Shown here one piece after another: positions 9,941-17,932 of a DNA stretch of 64,000 nt. The notes beneath the pieces are model-generated. The model made no database searches, was not told where the DNA came from, and was given only the letters and a program-made list of their open reading frames with translations. Position 1 is the first letter of the stretch, and every line of letters begins with the position of its first letter. The position numbers were made by a program, and so were the translations under genes. This stretch comes from a bacterium (GTDB taxonomy: Bacteria > Patescibacteriota > Minisyncoccia > Phycocordibacterales > Zambryskibacteraceae), in the NCBI GenBank assembly GCA_030649135.1, contig JAUSGI010000006.1, positions 1 to 64,000 on the forward strand. Direction: 5' to 3'.

Positions 9941-11082
9941 TAAATTATCTTCTTTCCTTGTGTTAATTTAGAAACAATCTCAACTTGTGGGACTTTTTCT
10001 TTTGTAATACGACCCGCCACTCTAGCTTGTATAGAAAATTGTTTGGCACGCTTTAAACAAAATTTAACATCTTTCTCGTCAATAACCATGAGTACACCCT
10101 GGCCACCATTCCAAGTTTCATAAAATTCCTCATCAGATAAACTGCGCCACTCTGCACAGCTTCTCATTATGGTTGGTGGTTCCCATAAATCATTTAGACT
10201 GGCTGACAATCCTCTAGGAAACAGGATATCTTTAGCAAATTTTTCTTTAATGGCACCCCCAGAGAGATGCACGATGGCATGCACCTTTATCTCCTGCTTG
10301 AAGCTCGGCCTAAACCATCCATTTAGAGTCGTGAGAAGTGGGTCATAAAGTACTGATGGAGTGGCTGCTTCTTTTATGCTCTTTCTGGCACGTGGATTGT
10401 TCCACCATTTTTTACCGAATTTAAAGGCAAGGGCTTTCCGCACCGAACTGATGCCGTTACATCTGAAGCCATTTTCTTTCAAAGCGATGACTATTTGCCC
10501 ATTCTTTAAAGTGCCCCCAGTAATCATTTTAGTTCTATGATAAGCGCCTATCATCGTCCCGGACCAATTTATTTTCGTCTTAGAATTAGTTATTTCTGAG
10601 CCAAGAGAAACGCCCATCTGGGCTGTCTCCCCCTTCAAGACAACTATCTTTTCTTTCTTGGCTACCCTGCCCAAGCCTCTTAGAACTTTCTTATATGTCT
10701 CACCCACTTTATTTCCAGCTTCCCCAATAGAGACGGTATCTAAGACATTGACAAAAACTAGCGGTAGACCGCCAAATCTCGAAATATCACTTGCGGTCAT
10801 CGCGACAATATCGTAAGCCGCGTCCTCATGGCTCTTAGCTGCATCAATAATTATGCCCTTGGTACCAATGCCATCAGTTGTGGCCTCGATACTTATCCCC
10901 CGTGGCAATCCTTTTAAAAGAAAAGGTCTCGGCCCGCGGAAATTCCCGACTGAAAAATCCTGTACTTTAACATACGGAGAATTTTTATAACTAGCCTTAC
11001 AGATAAAACTGGCGTACTGGCTAAAGAGAGATTCTTCTTCCACATCCACGCCGTCACTTGCGTACTTACTTTTCACTTTCAT
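9922..11082 (-). CDS. PurM-like protein (AIR synthase-related family)
   Basis: N-terminal YASDGVDV and TTDGIGTK motifs as in PurM N- and C-terminal domain architecture; start MKVKSK overlaps the upstream gene's stop by 4 nt. Confidence 0.6.
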   Translation of the reverse strand: MKVKSKYASDGVDVEEESLFSQYASFICKASYKNSPYVKVQDFSVGNFRGPRPFLLKGLPRGISIEATTDGIGTKGIIIDAAKSHEDAAYDIVAMTASDISRFGGLPLVFVNVLDTVSIGEAGNKVGETYKKVLRGLGRVAKKEKIVVLKGETAQMGVSLGSEITNSKTKINWSGTMIGAYHRTKMITGGTLKNGQIVIALKENGFRCNGISSVRKALAFKFGKKWWNNPRARKSIKEAATPSVLYDPLLTTLNGWFRPSFKQEIKVHAIVHLSGGAIKEKFAKDILFPRGLSASLNDLWEPPTIMRSCAEWRSLSDEEFYETWNGGQGVLMVIDEKDVKFCLKRAKQFSIQARVAGRITKEKVPQVEIVSKLTQGKKIIYKTKTA

Positions 11083-11675
11083 CTCGCTCTCTTTCCAAGG
11101 TCGTAGACTTTGCGCTTCATGCGCTCGCGCCGCCACATGCCGAAATGTTTCAGATAGCCGAATTTGTAGACACGGATGGGAGCAAAACCGGCAAACCACA
11201 AAATGCCTTTGCGTAATTCGTTTGTGGTATCACCGAAAATAATACGCTGGACGAGAGGGGCCGTATCAGAAGTAACGACCATGGTGGCACTTTTCCCTTT
11301 CAGAAGTTTCCGCCACATATTGCCTCCATGGGTAAACTTGAAAGCAAATCCGGGAAGCCAAGTACGGTCGATTAAACCCTTTAGAAGCGCCGGCATCGTG
11401 GACCACCACGATGGATAGAACACCACAAAGTGTTCGCACCACCGTGTGTTCTCTTGGAACGCATGCAAATCCGGCTCGAGTTCTTGAATTTGCTTATAAC
11501 CCAAATGGAGAACGGGGTCGAAAACCATATCACCGATATTCATACGGCGTACTTCGTGCCCCGCCTCCCCCGCTCCCCGTTCATATTCACTGGCGAGCGT
11601 GCCATTGAGAGTATCCTTGTCCGGATGACCAAGCAAGATAAAAATTTTTTTCTTTTTATTTCCGAATCCAAACAT
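11079..11675 (-). CDS. NAD(P)H-dependent oxidoreductase, flavodoxin-like fold
   Basis: ILLGHPDKDTLNGTLA N-terminus and overall similarity to the MdaB/AzoR/KefF family. Confidence 0.65.
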   Translation of the reverse strand: MFGFGNKKKKIFILLGHPDKDTLNGTLASEYERGAGEAGHEVRRMNIGDMVFDPVLHLGYKQIQELEPDLHAFQENTRWCEHFVVFYPSWWSTMPALLKGLIDRTWLPGFAFKFTHGGNMWRKLLKGKSATMVVTSDTAPLVQRIIFGDTTNELRKGILWFAGFAPIRVYKFGYLKHFGMWRRERMKRKVYDLGKRAR

Positions 11676-11678
11676 TTT

Positions 11679-11909
11679 TTATTTCATTAATTTCTGCAGT
11701 TCGGCTTGATGTTCACGCATCACCACCATCGTAGCGGCCATTTCACTTTGTCCGGCCTTCACTCTCTTCTGAACCTCTTCGCCAACCTTCTTGAAAAACT
11801 CGGGGTTTCTTTCCATTAACGCAAGCATTTTTTCACGCTCCGCTTCCGGCACGTCCTTCATCTTCGCCTTAAGCGCCTGCCTGAGCAGAAAACTTTTGAA
11901 TATTCCCAT
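11679..11909 (-). CDS. Hypothetical small helical protein (76 aa)
   Basis: ORF with charged helical composition; no identifiable family. Confidence 0.35.
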   Translation of the reverse strand: MGIFKSFLLRQALKAKMKDVPEAEREKMLALMERNPEFFKKVGEEVQKRVKAGQSEMAATMVVMREHQAELQKLMK

Positions 11910-12027
11910 GTCCCCTCTTTTACTTTGCCCCCTTCTTCGGCTTCTTCTTTTCTTTCCTCCGTGCGTTATTGCCTTTCGCCATATGTTTTTTATCTACTGA
12001 TAATGTATCCATTATACCAATAAAAAA

Positions 12028-12942
12028 TTATTTTACTCCACAGAATGCTCGCAAAGCCGAGAGATCGGTCTGTGCCAAAACTCCGGTATCGCCCTCATTT
12101 AAACGATACATGATGGCGTCCTTATCATTGATATGCTCAAGTCCGAGAGCATGTCCTAGCTCATGCGCCATAATCCGCAGTAACTTTTCCCTGCTACTGA
12201 ATTCATAAATATCGATACCGCGGTCTCCCTCGACGCTATAATACATGCCTCCGGTAAATGTCTCCCCTCGAGAGGCCCCAACCGTGTTGTACTTGTCTAC
12301 GTTTAGATTGAGCGAGTCGGCTAGACGATTGAGTGTGCCTGCCAGGGTGTTGATTTCTCTAACTATTTCCTTCAGTTGCGCTTCCAAAATTCCCAATTCC
12401 GCTACCTCCAGCTCAAGCGTCTTTCTTTCTGCTTCCAATTGATTAAACTTAGACTGAGAAGTTTTCTTGCCCTTATTCCAAGACTCGACCTGTGTCTGGT
12501 AAGCATCGCTCTTTTCGTTGAACAGGCCGACTCGCATATCATAAATATTTTTCGCGCTGTTATATTCTGTCTTCAGTCCTCTATATCTAGTCTCGAGAGT
12601 AGCATAGGTAGCTTTGTCTTCTTCCACAGTACTCTCGAGATTAGAGAGAGTACCAGTTACTTCCTGCCGATAGTCATAGACAAGATTAACGGCCAAGTCA
12701 CCACTCTCCGGCTCGTAAGCAAAGAGTTCAATGCCCAACGGTTTTTCCCAAACTGCTTCGGCTCGGGCGAGTGTCTCCAGAAAAGTTTTTTGCGAAATAC
12801 CGAATCTTCTATCGAAAGTACCTATAGCATAAGTAATCGGTTTCTCACAGGGAATGGGCATCCTGAGAAACTTCGTTAGATTCCAAGCAACCAACACTAC
12901 CGTCAAAATGGCCAAAGTGGTAACTGTGTTTTTAAAATTCAT
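12028..12942 (-). CDS. Membrane-anchored zinc metalloprotease (matrixin/zincin-like) with central coiled coil
   Basis: N-terminal signal anchor, long heptad-rich region, C-terminal HELGHALGLEH (HExxHxxGxxH) zinc site. Confidence 0.65.
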   Translation of the reverse strand: MNFKNTVTTLAILTVVLVAWNLTKFLRMPIPCEKPITYAIGTFDRRFGISQKTFLETLARAEAVWEKPLGIELFAYEPESGDLAVNLVYDYRQEVTGTLSNLESTVEEDKATYATLETRYRGLKTEYNSAKNIYDMRVGLFNEKSDAYQTQVESWNKGKKTSQSKFNQLEAERKTLELEVAELGILEAQLKEIVREINTLAGTLNRLADSLNLNVDKYNTVGASRGETFTGGMYYSVEGDRGIDIYEFSSREKLLRIMAHELGHALGLEHINDKDAIMYRLNEGDTGVLAQTDLSALRAFCGVK

Positions 12943-13045
12943 AGTTCAATCTTATCACCCCAATACACATCATAAAATTAAAAGGGGTGCCGCTCGCAAG
13001 CGCACACCCCGGTGAGATGCCGACCATCGCTAGTGGCAGTAGCGG

Positions 13046-13594
13046 TTATCCTTCTTGGACGGCCTTGTAGTCATGGCCCTCCGCATAGTCCCAGTGATAG
13101 TTGGCTGCGACGCGGAGGTGCTGTACAACCGCCCCTATTGCCTTCCCGACAAGCGCGGAGATGAACTTCTCGTGCTTGTACTCATTCCAGTCCGGGGAGC
13201 GCCGCCACTGGTCGCTAATGTATTGCGTGACCTCCAGGAACTGCTTGTGGGAGTGGAGCACGAACCGCCGCCCCTTAGTCGCCCAAAGTAGCAGTATGAT
13301 CCCGTCGACGTCGGTCTTCTCAGTCACCGAGGCCAGTGTACAACTACGGCTAGTCACCTCTTTTCCCAACGGAAAGAGGTCCGCATAGACCAGGTCGATA
13401 CGCGGTACGCCAGGCTGAATGAGTTCCATGGAAGGAGAGAGCCTGGAGATATCGCGAGTGGGAATTCCCTCTCCGTTCAGATACTCGGCCGTCCCCCTCA
13501 AACCAAGGAGGTTCCAACCCAGCGCACGAAGACTACCAGCGAATGGAACGAGGCCTTGCTTGTCAGCTGCGGACAACAGAATAGCTGTGTGCAA
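13046..13594 (-). CDS. MGS-like domain protein resembling the IMP cyclohydrolase (N-terminal) domain of PurH; GC-rich
   Basis: AILLSAADKQGLVPFAGSL...GTAEYL...IDLVYADLFP aligns to the PurH N-terminal MGS domain; about 58% GC versus about 42% background. Confidence 0.45.
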   Translation of the reverse strand: MHTAILLSAADKQGLVPFAGSLRALGWNLLGLRGTAEYLNGEGIPTRDISRLSPSMELIQPGVPRIDLVYADLFPLGKEVTSRSCTLASVTEKTDVDGIILLLWATKGRRFVLHSHKQFLEVTQYISDQWRRSPDWNEYKHEKFISALVGKAIGAVVQHLRVAANYHWDYAEGHDYKAVQEG

Positions 13595-13691
13595 GTGATT
13601 CTCCTTTCCGGGACTTTAACCCGGTGAGCTCTTGTTGTTTCTGTGGAGAATACTACCAGCAAAAAAACTTAGGGCAAGAGAATGTATCTTG

Positions 13692-14219
13692 TCATAATTT
13701 TAATTCTTTATAGCGAAAGCAAGACTGGACGTGATCATTCGCCATCCCCACCGCTTGCATATGGGCGTAGACGACAGTCGGACCGAGAAATTTGAAGCCG
13801 CGCCGTTTGAGATCTTTGGATAAAGCTTCTGACTCTTTGGTAATAGCCGGTATATCCGACAAACTCTTGCGCTTGCCGTCAATCGGTTTTCCCTTCACAA
13901 AACTCCACATATATTTGCTGAAACTGCCAAACTCTTTTTTAACTTCCAAGAATCTTTGGGCATTATTGATGGCTGCTTCTATCTTCAGCCGATTTCTGAT
14001 GATATTGGGATTTTTAAGTAATTTCGAGACATCTCGCACGCTAAACCGCGCCACTTGGCGCGGTTTGAAATTGGCGAAAGCACGTCTGTAACCTTCTCTC
14101 TTGCGTAAGATGGTAAGCCAAGAGAGTCCGGCTTGAGCACTCTCTAAAACGAGGAACTCAAAAATTTTCCTGTCGTCCCTGACCGGCTTGCCCCACTCCT
14201 TGTCGTGATACTTAACCAT
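13692..14219 (-). CDS. tag: DNA-3-methyladenine glycosylase I
   Basis: YHDKEWG, AGLSW and FKFLGPT...AVG Tag signature blocks; start set at MVKYHD. Confidence 0.85.
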   Translation of the reverse strand: MVKYHDKEWGKPVRDDRKIFEFLVLESAQAGLSWLTILRKREGYRRAFANFKPRQVARFSVRDVSKLLKNPNIIRNRLKIEAAINNAQRFLEVKKEFGSFSKYMWSFVKGKPIDGKRKSLSDIPAITKESEALSKDLKRRGFKFLGPTVVYAHMQAVGMANDHVQSCFRYKELKL

Positions 14220-14259
14220 CAGGGGCTCACCCCTGGGCCACGAACAAGTCCCCATAGGA

Positions 14260-14421
14260 TTACTTCTTCTTGCTGGAAAGAATGCGATACATGCCTGTGC
14301 CACACACCGGGCACTTGCCTTTAGCGGCAGGACGGCCGGGCTTGATTTCTACCTTTGTGACATCCTTCATCTCACGCTTTGTTTTGCACTTCACACAATA
14401 CCCAATGACTTGTTCATCCAT
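14260..14421 (-). CDS. Small zinc-ribbon protein (53 aa) not present in the ORF track
   Basis: Manual translation MDEQVIGYCVKCKTKREMKDVTKVEIKPGRPAAKGKCPVCGTGMYRILSSKKK with two CxxC pairs. Confidence 0.45.
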   Translation of the reverse strand: MDEQVIGYCVKCKTKREMKDVTKVEIKPGRPAAKGKCPVCGTGMYRILSSKKK

Positions 14422-14489
14422 AAATTATGATTCTAATGGTTAAATCTTGTACCAGCTGTCATTATACCATGGAAAAAGCCCCGCGCCAC

Positions 14490-14843
14490 CTATTCCGAAG
14501 TCCATTTCTCTTCGCCCCACTTGACGTTCTTGGTCTTAAATATATCGGAGAGAGCATGACCAACCTTTCGCGCGAGTTCAGCATTATCTTTTGTTTCGTT
14601 GCACATATGAACATCAATCGTCACATGTCGAGCGTCAAGATACGCGCTAACAGTAACGTGAGATTCTTGTAAAACCGCGACCCACGTTATTGTATCGTCA
14701 GAGAAGATACGATAATACTGCCCTAGAACTACCACTTCCACTGAACCAATCGCCTTTTCAAGTTCAAGAAGTACACCATCTTTGACAGTCAGTGGTCCAG
14801 CACAGTTGTTAAGGTTAATTGCAATTCGTATTCCGGATGCCAT
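14490..14843 (-). CDS. speH: S-adenosylmethionine decarboxylase proenzyme (small pyruvoyl-dependent bacterial/archaeal type)
   Basis: ...VAVLQESHVTVSAYLDARHVTIDVHMC... matches the self-cleavage site (ES|H) and core of SpeH/SpeD-type AdoMetDC. Confidence 0.75.
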   Translation of the reverse strand: MASGIRIAINLNNCAGPLTVKDGVLLELEKAIGSVEVVVLGQYYRIFSDDTITWVAVLQESHVTVSAYLDARHVTIDVHMCNETKDNAELARKVGHALSDIFKTKNVKWGEEKWTSE

Positions 14844-14897
14844 AGCAAAAAGTATATGCTATCGTGACAAAAAATATAGGTGTGGATAACAAAAATT

Positions 14898-15593
14898 TTA
14901 AATGTCTATACCAGTTGCCCCGACTTTTTTTGTCCCATTCCATATCCGATAAATAATCCAAACAAAAACAGCCAGTAAAACAAATCTGATGCCTACCAAG
15001 GAGAGCGTTCTCTCGCCGACGAAGTAGACAAGTGTTCCCCAAAAAGTATTCCAAAGCATTGCTGCCAAGAGCGATAACATTAAAAATTTTGAGAAAGAGA
15101 ATTTGAGAATACCGGCTGAAGTGGCCACAAGCGCCGCCAGATTCGGCTGCCAATAGCTCATAAAGATTGCCAAGAGACCATACTTGGTCACCCGAGCCCT
15201 GACATCATCCAGCGCCTCTCTCAATCCGAATCTCAGAAGCAGGCGATACCAGCCATATTTGCCAAGCAGGAAATTTAGAATGTAGGCAAAAAAGAGTCCA
15301 ACAGTAATCGCCGCTACCGCCGCCATCACTTTCGGAATATCTTTGCCGGCGAGAATTACCCCGAGAAAAATAACCAAACTGCCGGGATAATACCAACCGA
15401 CCAGAACCGTCCCTTCTATGAGTGCGCTAACCAGAAGAATGGCCAAGCCATATTTATCGAAATAGAACCGCGCAATCTCAATCAGCTTGTCTTCCGGCGG
15501 CAAAGCAAAAAACCTCCAGGCCAGATAGATTAAAAGAAAGATGCCCAAAACTGAGACGGGCAACAGTGCTTTTTTAAAATCAATTTTGGACAC
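14898..15593 (-). CDS. DedA/VTT-family membrane protein
   Basis: Size and polytopic topology consistent with DedA. Confidence 0.6.
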   Translation of the reverse strand: MSKIDFKKALLPVSVLGIFLLIYLAWRFFALPPEDKLIEIARFYFDKYGLAILLVSALIEGTVLVGWYYPGSLVIFLGVILAGKDIPKVMAAVAAITVGLFFAYILNFLLGKYGWYRLLLRFGLREALDDVRARVTKYGLLAIFMSYWQPNLAALVATSAGILKFSFSKFLMLSLLAAMLWNTFWGTLVYFVGERTLSLVGIRFVLLAVFVWIIYRIWNGTKKVGATGIDI

Positions 15594-15639
15594 GATGAAG
15601 CCATTATATCAGCAGAGCCTGTTATGTTAAAATGCCTTT

Positions 15640-16632
15640 ATGCGCAGAATCATACTTAAGGAAGGGCCACTGGTCTTCCTAAGGAACGTCCTGGTCATGG
15701 AAATCGTGGCCACCGTTTTTCTCTACGCCATTTCATTTCTTCAAAACTACGAGATGCTCTATCGAAGTTGGGGCCTGGCTAAATTTGCCCGTTACGACAT
15801 ATTCTTAATAGTCGCATTTTCGATCTTCCAATTGGTTTATGTCTCGTTACTTTTCCTCGATTGGTATTTTTCCCATTTCGAAATAACCGAAAAAGAGATT
15901 ACCAAAAAATCAGGCCTTTTATTCCGCCACCGCAAATCAGTCGCCCTCTCTGATGTGGTGTCTATCGAAACATACCATTCACCACTCGGTCGAATGATGC
16001 GTCACGCCACCATTATCCTCCAGCATGGCACAGGCAGAACCACTAAACTGAAAAACGTGTCCGGCGCAGACGAGTATGTCCATGTCATCAAACAAATGAC
16101 GCGCAATCCTTCCGGACGATTACCGACACATGATATTTCCTACCTGCTTAAAGAAGGAGAGGGCTTCTTGACCGAATTTAAGGAAACCCTTCGTTACGAC
16201 AAAAGGAGGCGCACGGTCAGCAAGGAAATAGAGCGCATGGTTATAAAAACTATTGTGGCTTTTCTCAATACTAAAGGCGGAACACTCCTCATTGGTGTTA
16301 GTGATGACGGCAACGTGGTGGGACTGGAAGATGATTATAAAACTCTGGTGAAGAAAAACCGTGATGGGTTTGAAAATCACTTAAGCATGCTCGTGAAAAC
16401 TATGATTGGACTGCCATTCACAAAATATGTCAGTGTTAAGTTTGAAAAAGTAAACGATTTAGAGGTTTGTTTGGTGTCCGTGGAAGAAAGCCACAGACCC
16501 GCATATCTCTACAACGGCGACCGGAAAGAAGATTTCTTTGTCCGGGTAGGCAACTCAACCCAGCCATTTTCTATGAGTGAAACGGAGGAGTATATCAAAA
16601 CGCGGTGGACCCTACCGGATTCGAACCGGTGA
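15640..16632 (+). CDS. Membrane-anchored bPH-like / AlbA_2 (Schlafen-like) domain protein
   Basis: Two N-terminal TM helices, then a C-terminal ...KTIVAFLNTKGGTLLIGVSDDGNVVGLED... AlbA_2-type fold; the last ~9 codons are antisense to tRNA-Cys. Confidence 0.55.
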   Translation: MRRIILKEGPLVFLRNVLVMEIVATVFLYAISFLQNYEMLYRSWGLAKFARYDIFLIVAFSIFQLVYVSLLFLDWYFSHFEITEKEITKKSGLLFRHRKSVALSDVVSIETYHSPLGRMMRHATIILQHGTGRTTKLKNVSGADEYVHVIKQMTRNPSGRLPTHDISYLLKEGEGFLTEFKETLRYDKRRRTVSKEIERMVIKTIVAFLNTKGGTLLIGVSDDGNVVGLEDDYKTLVKKNRDGFENHLSMLVKTMIGLPFTKYVSVKFEKVNDLEVCLVSVEESHRPAYLYNGDRKEDFFVRVGNSTQPFSMSETEEYIKTRWTLPDSNR

Positions 16633-16678
16633 CCTCCTCATTGCAAATGAGGCGCTCTACCAACTAAGCTAAGGGCCC
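16606..16678 (-). tRNA. tRNA-Cys (GCA)
   Basis: Reverse complement GGGCCCTTAGCTTAGTTGGTAGAGCGCCTCATTTGCAATGAGGAGGTCACCGGTTCGAATCCGGTAGGGTCCA folds as a cloverleaf with 7-bp acceptor stem, GCA anticodon in CTCAT/ATGAG stem and GGTTCGAATCC T-arm. Confidence 0.85.
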
Positions 16679-16732
16679 AGTAAAGCAAAAGTATAGTGGA
16701 CAGAAACTGAAAAATCAATGAGAAAGTAGGGC

Positions 16733-16762
16733 ATTGGGAACTGCGCGCAATATATGTTATAA
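16733..16762 (+). promoter_or_regulatory. Sigma70-like promoter (TTGGGA-N17-TATAAT) for the small secreted ORF
   Basis: ttgggaactgcgcgcaatatatgttataat, preceded by the 15-nt repeat cagaaactgaaaaat at 16701-16715. Confidence 0.4.
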
Positions 16763-16799
16763 TTCCGTACTAGATAAGCCAGACCACAAAGGGGGTACC

Positions 16800-17048
16800 A
16801 TGAAAGCATTCCTACTTGCGACCAGTGCCGTAGCTTTCGCCAACGGTATAAGACCGGTGACAAACACATTCTGTATAGAGACTGACCCAGCTAGGGAGAG
16901 CGATCCGTCGTACCTGCGAAAGATGGCTCTCGAAACCTACTGGGAGCGTAAGCTTTGGAAACAGCCGTGGGAGGATGTGCAGTTCTGGGTCACCGAGTAT
17001 CGCGATGGCCAGCCACGAGCTGTTCGCGAGCCGCTCTTTTCCGTTTAA
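16800..17048 (+). CDS. Small secreted hypothetical protein (82 aa), GC-rich cassette
   Basis: aagggggtacc-ATG Shine-Dalgarno; MKAFLLATSAVAFANG signal peptide; terminator hairpin follows. Confidence 0.5.
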   Translation: MKAFLLATSAVAFANGIRPVTNTFCIETDPARESDPSYLRKMALETYWERKLWKQPWEDVQFWVTEYRDGQPRAVREPLFSV

Positions 17049-17064
17049 ACACCCGCAGATAAAT

Positions 17065-17093
17065 GCCCGCAGAACATTGCGGGCGTTTTCGTT
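17065..17093 (+). terminator. Rho-independent terminator
   Basis: gcccgcagaacattgcgggc hairpin followed by gttttcgtt. Confidence 0.55.
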
Positions 17094-17177
17094 CCAAATG
17101 CTACCAGCGATTAACGAAGTCAAATAGTTATCCCCAGAAACTGAAAAATGGCTTAAAATATGAGTGTTATAACGTCA

Positions 17178-17206
17178 TTGACAAAGGCATGGTTATTTGC
17201 TATACT
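17178..17206 (+). promoter_or_regulatory. Sigma70 promoter TTGACA-N17-TATACT for the TlpA-like gene
   Basis: Consensus -35 and near-consensus -10 with 17-nt spacer; second copy of the 15-nt repeat cagaaactgaaaaat at 17135-17149. Confidence 0.5.
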
Positions 17207-17265
17207 GGAAGTAGACGTTCGCAATATGCAGTGAAATCCCACCCCTAACCAGAAAGGAACTAGTC

Positions 17266-17871
17266 ATGAAAACGTTTGTGACGATTCTCGCAGCACTCGC
17301 CATCGTGGCGACCTCGTCGACGGCGTCCGCTCAGATGATGAGCCGGACGACGCCCGGGGACGCTGTGACCACCAAGGTCACGGCGGACCGAGACATCCGG
17401 CTGAAGGAGCTGATCACGGCAACTGCCGTGCTCTCTCCCTGGCCCACCAGGCAACCACCGCCGTTCGAGTTCCCTGATGCGAGCGACCAGAAACGGTTGC
17501 TGACTCGGGACTACAAGGGCAAGGTGGTCATCGCCTACCTCTTTGCCGAGTGGTGACGCTCGTGCTGGAGCCAGTTGGCTCCCCTCGAGCAACTCTACAG
17601 GGCGTACCAGCCCCAGGGGCTGGCAGTGGTGGGTATCGAGAGCTGGTCGAGGCGCGGCAAGATGCGACTCCAGCTCTACCATGAGCAGTATGGGGTGACA
17701 TTCCCGCTACTGTATGGTGGCCCGCCCGACAAGTACTACTCGTTCGGCAGTCCGGCCACGTATCTCATCGACCGTTCTGGTCGAGTCGTGGCCTTCCGTT
17801 CGGGAGGGAGTGCGGACTGGAGTAGCGCCGAGTTTGGCGCTCTCCTCAAGACCCTCCTCGACGAGAAGTAA
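17266..17871 (+). CDS. TlpA/ResA-like periplasmic thiol:disulfide oxidoreductase with an in-frame UGA at the first Cys of CxxC (candidate selenoprotein W-U-RS-C); otherwise a nonsense-disrupted pseudogene
   Basis: Signal peptide MKTFVTILAALAIVATSSTASA; ...GKVVIAYLFAEW-TGA(17554-17556)-RSCWSQLAPLEQLYRAYQPQGLAVVGI...YGVTFPLL...PATYLIDRSGRVV follows the TlpA consensus WCxPCRxExPxL..LY..Y...G..V.G; the same frame continues 5' and 3' of the TGA. Confidence 0.55.
17558..17590 (+). promoter_or_regulatory. Candidate bacterial SECIS-like stem-loop immediately downstream of the in-frame UGA
   Basis: gctcg-tgct-GGAGCC-agtt-GGCTCC-cct-cgagc: upper stem starts 11 nt after UGA, lower stem gctcg/cgagc. Confidence 0.35.
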
Positions 17872-17932
17872 CTCTTCTCGCCGACCACAACACCCGCCAG
17901 CGACACCATGTCGCTGGCGGTTTTTCGTAATT

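Noticed and set aside
11917-11979. Tiny lysine-rich ORF MAKGNNARRKEKKKPKKGAK on the minus strand
   Set aside because: Too short, no recognisable ribosomal-protein signature, and it lies in a probable promoter region.
17554-17556. Alternative-genetic-code explanation (UGA=Gly, code 25) for the in-frame TGA in the TlpA-like gene
   Set aside because: Other genes in this window terminate cleanly at TGA, and Gly at the nucleophilic Cys position of CxxC would be non-functional. Sec or a nonsense pseudogene are the viable readings.
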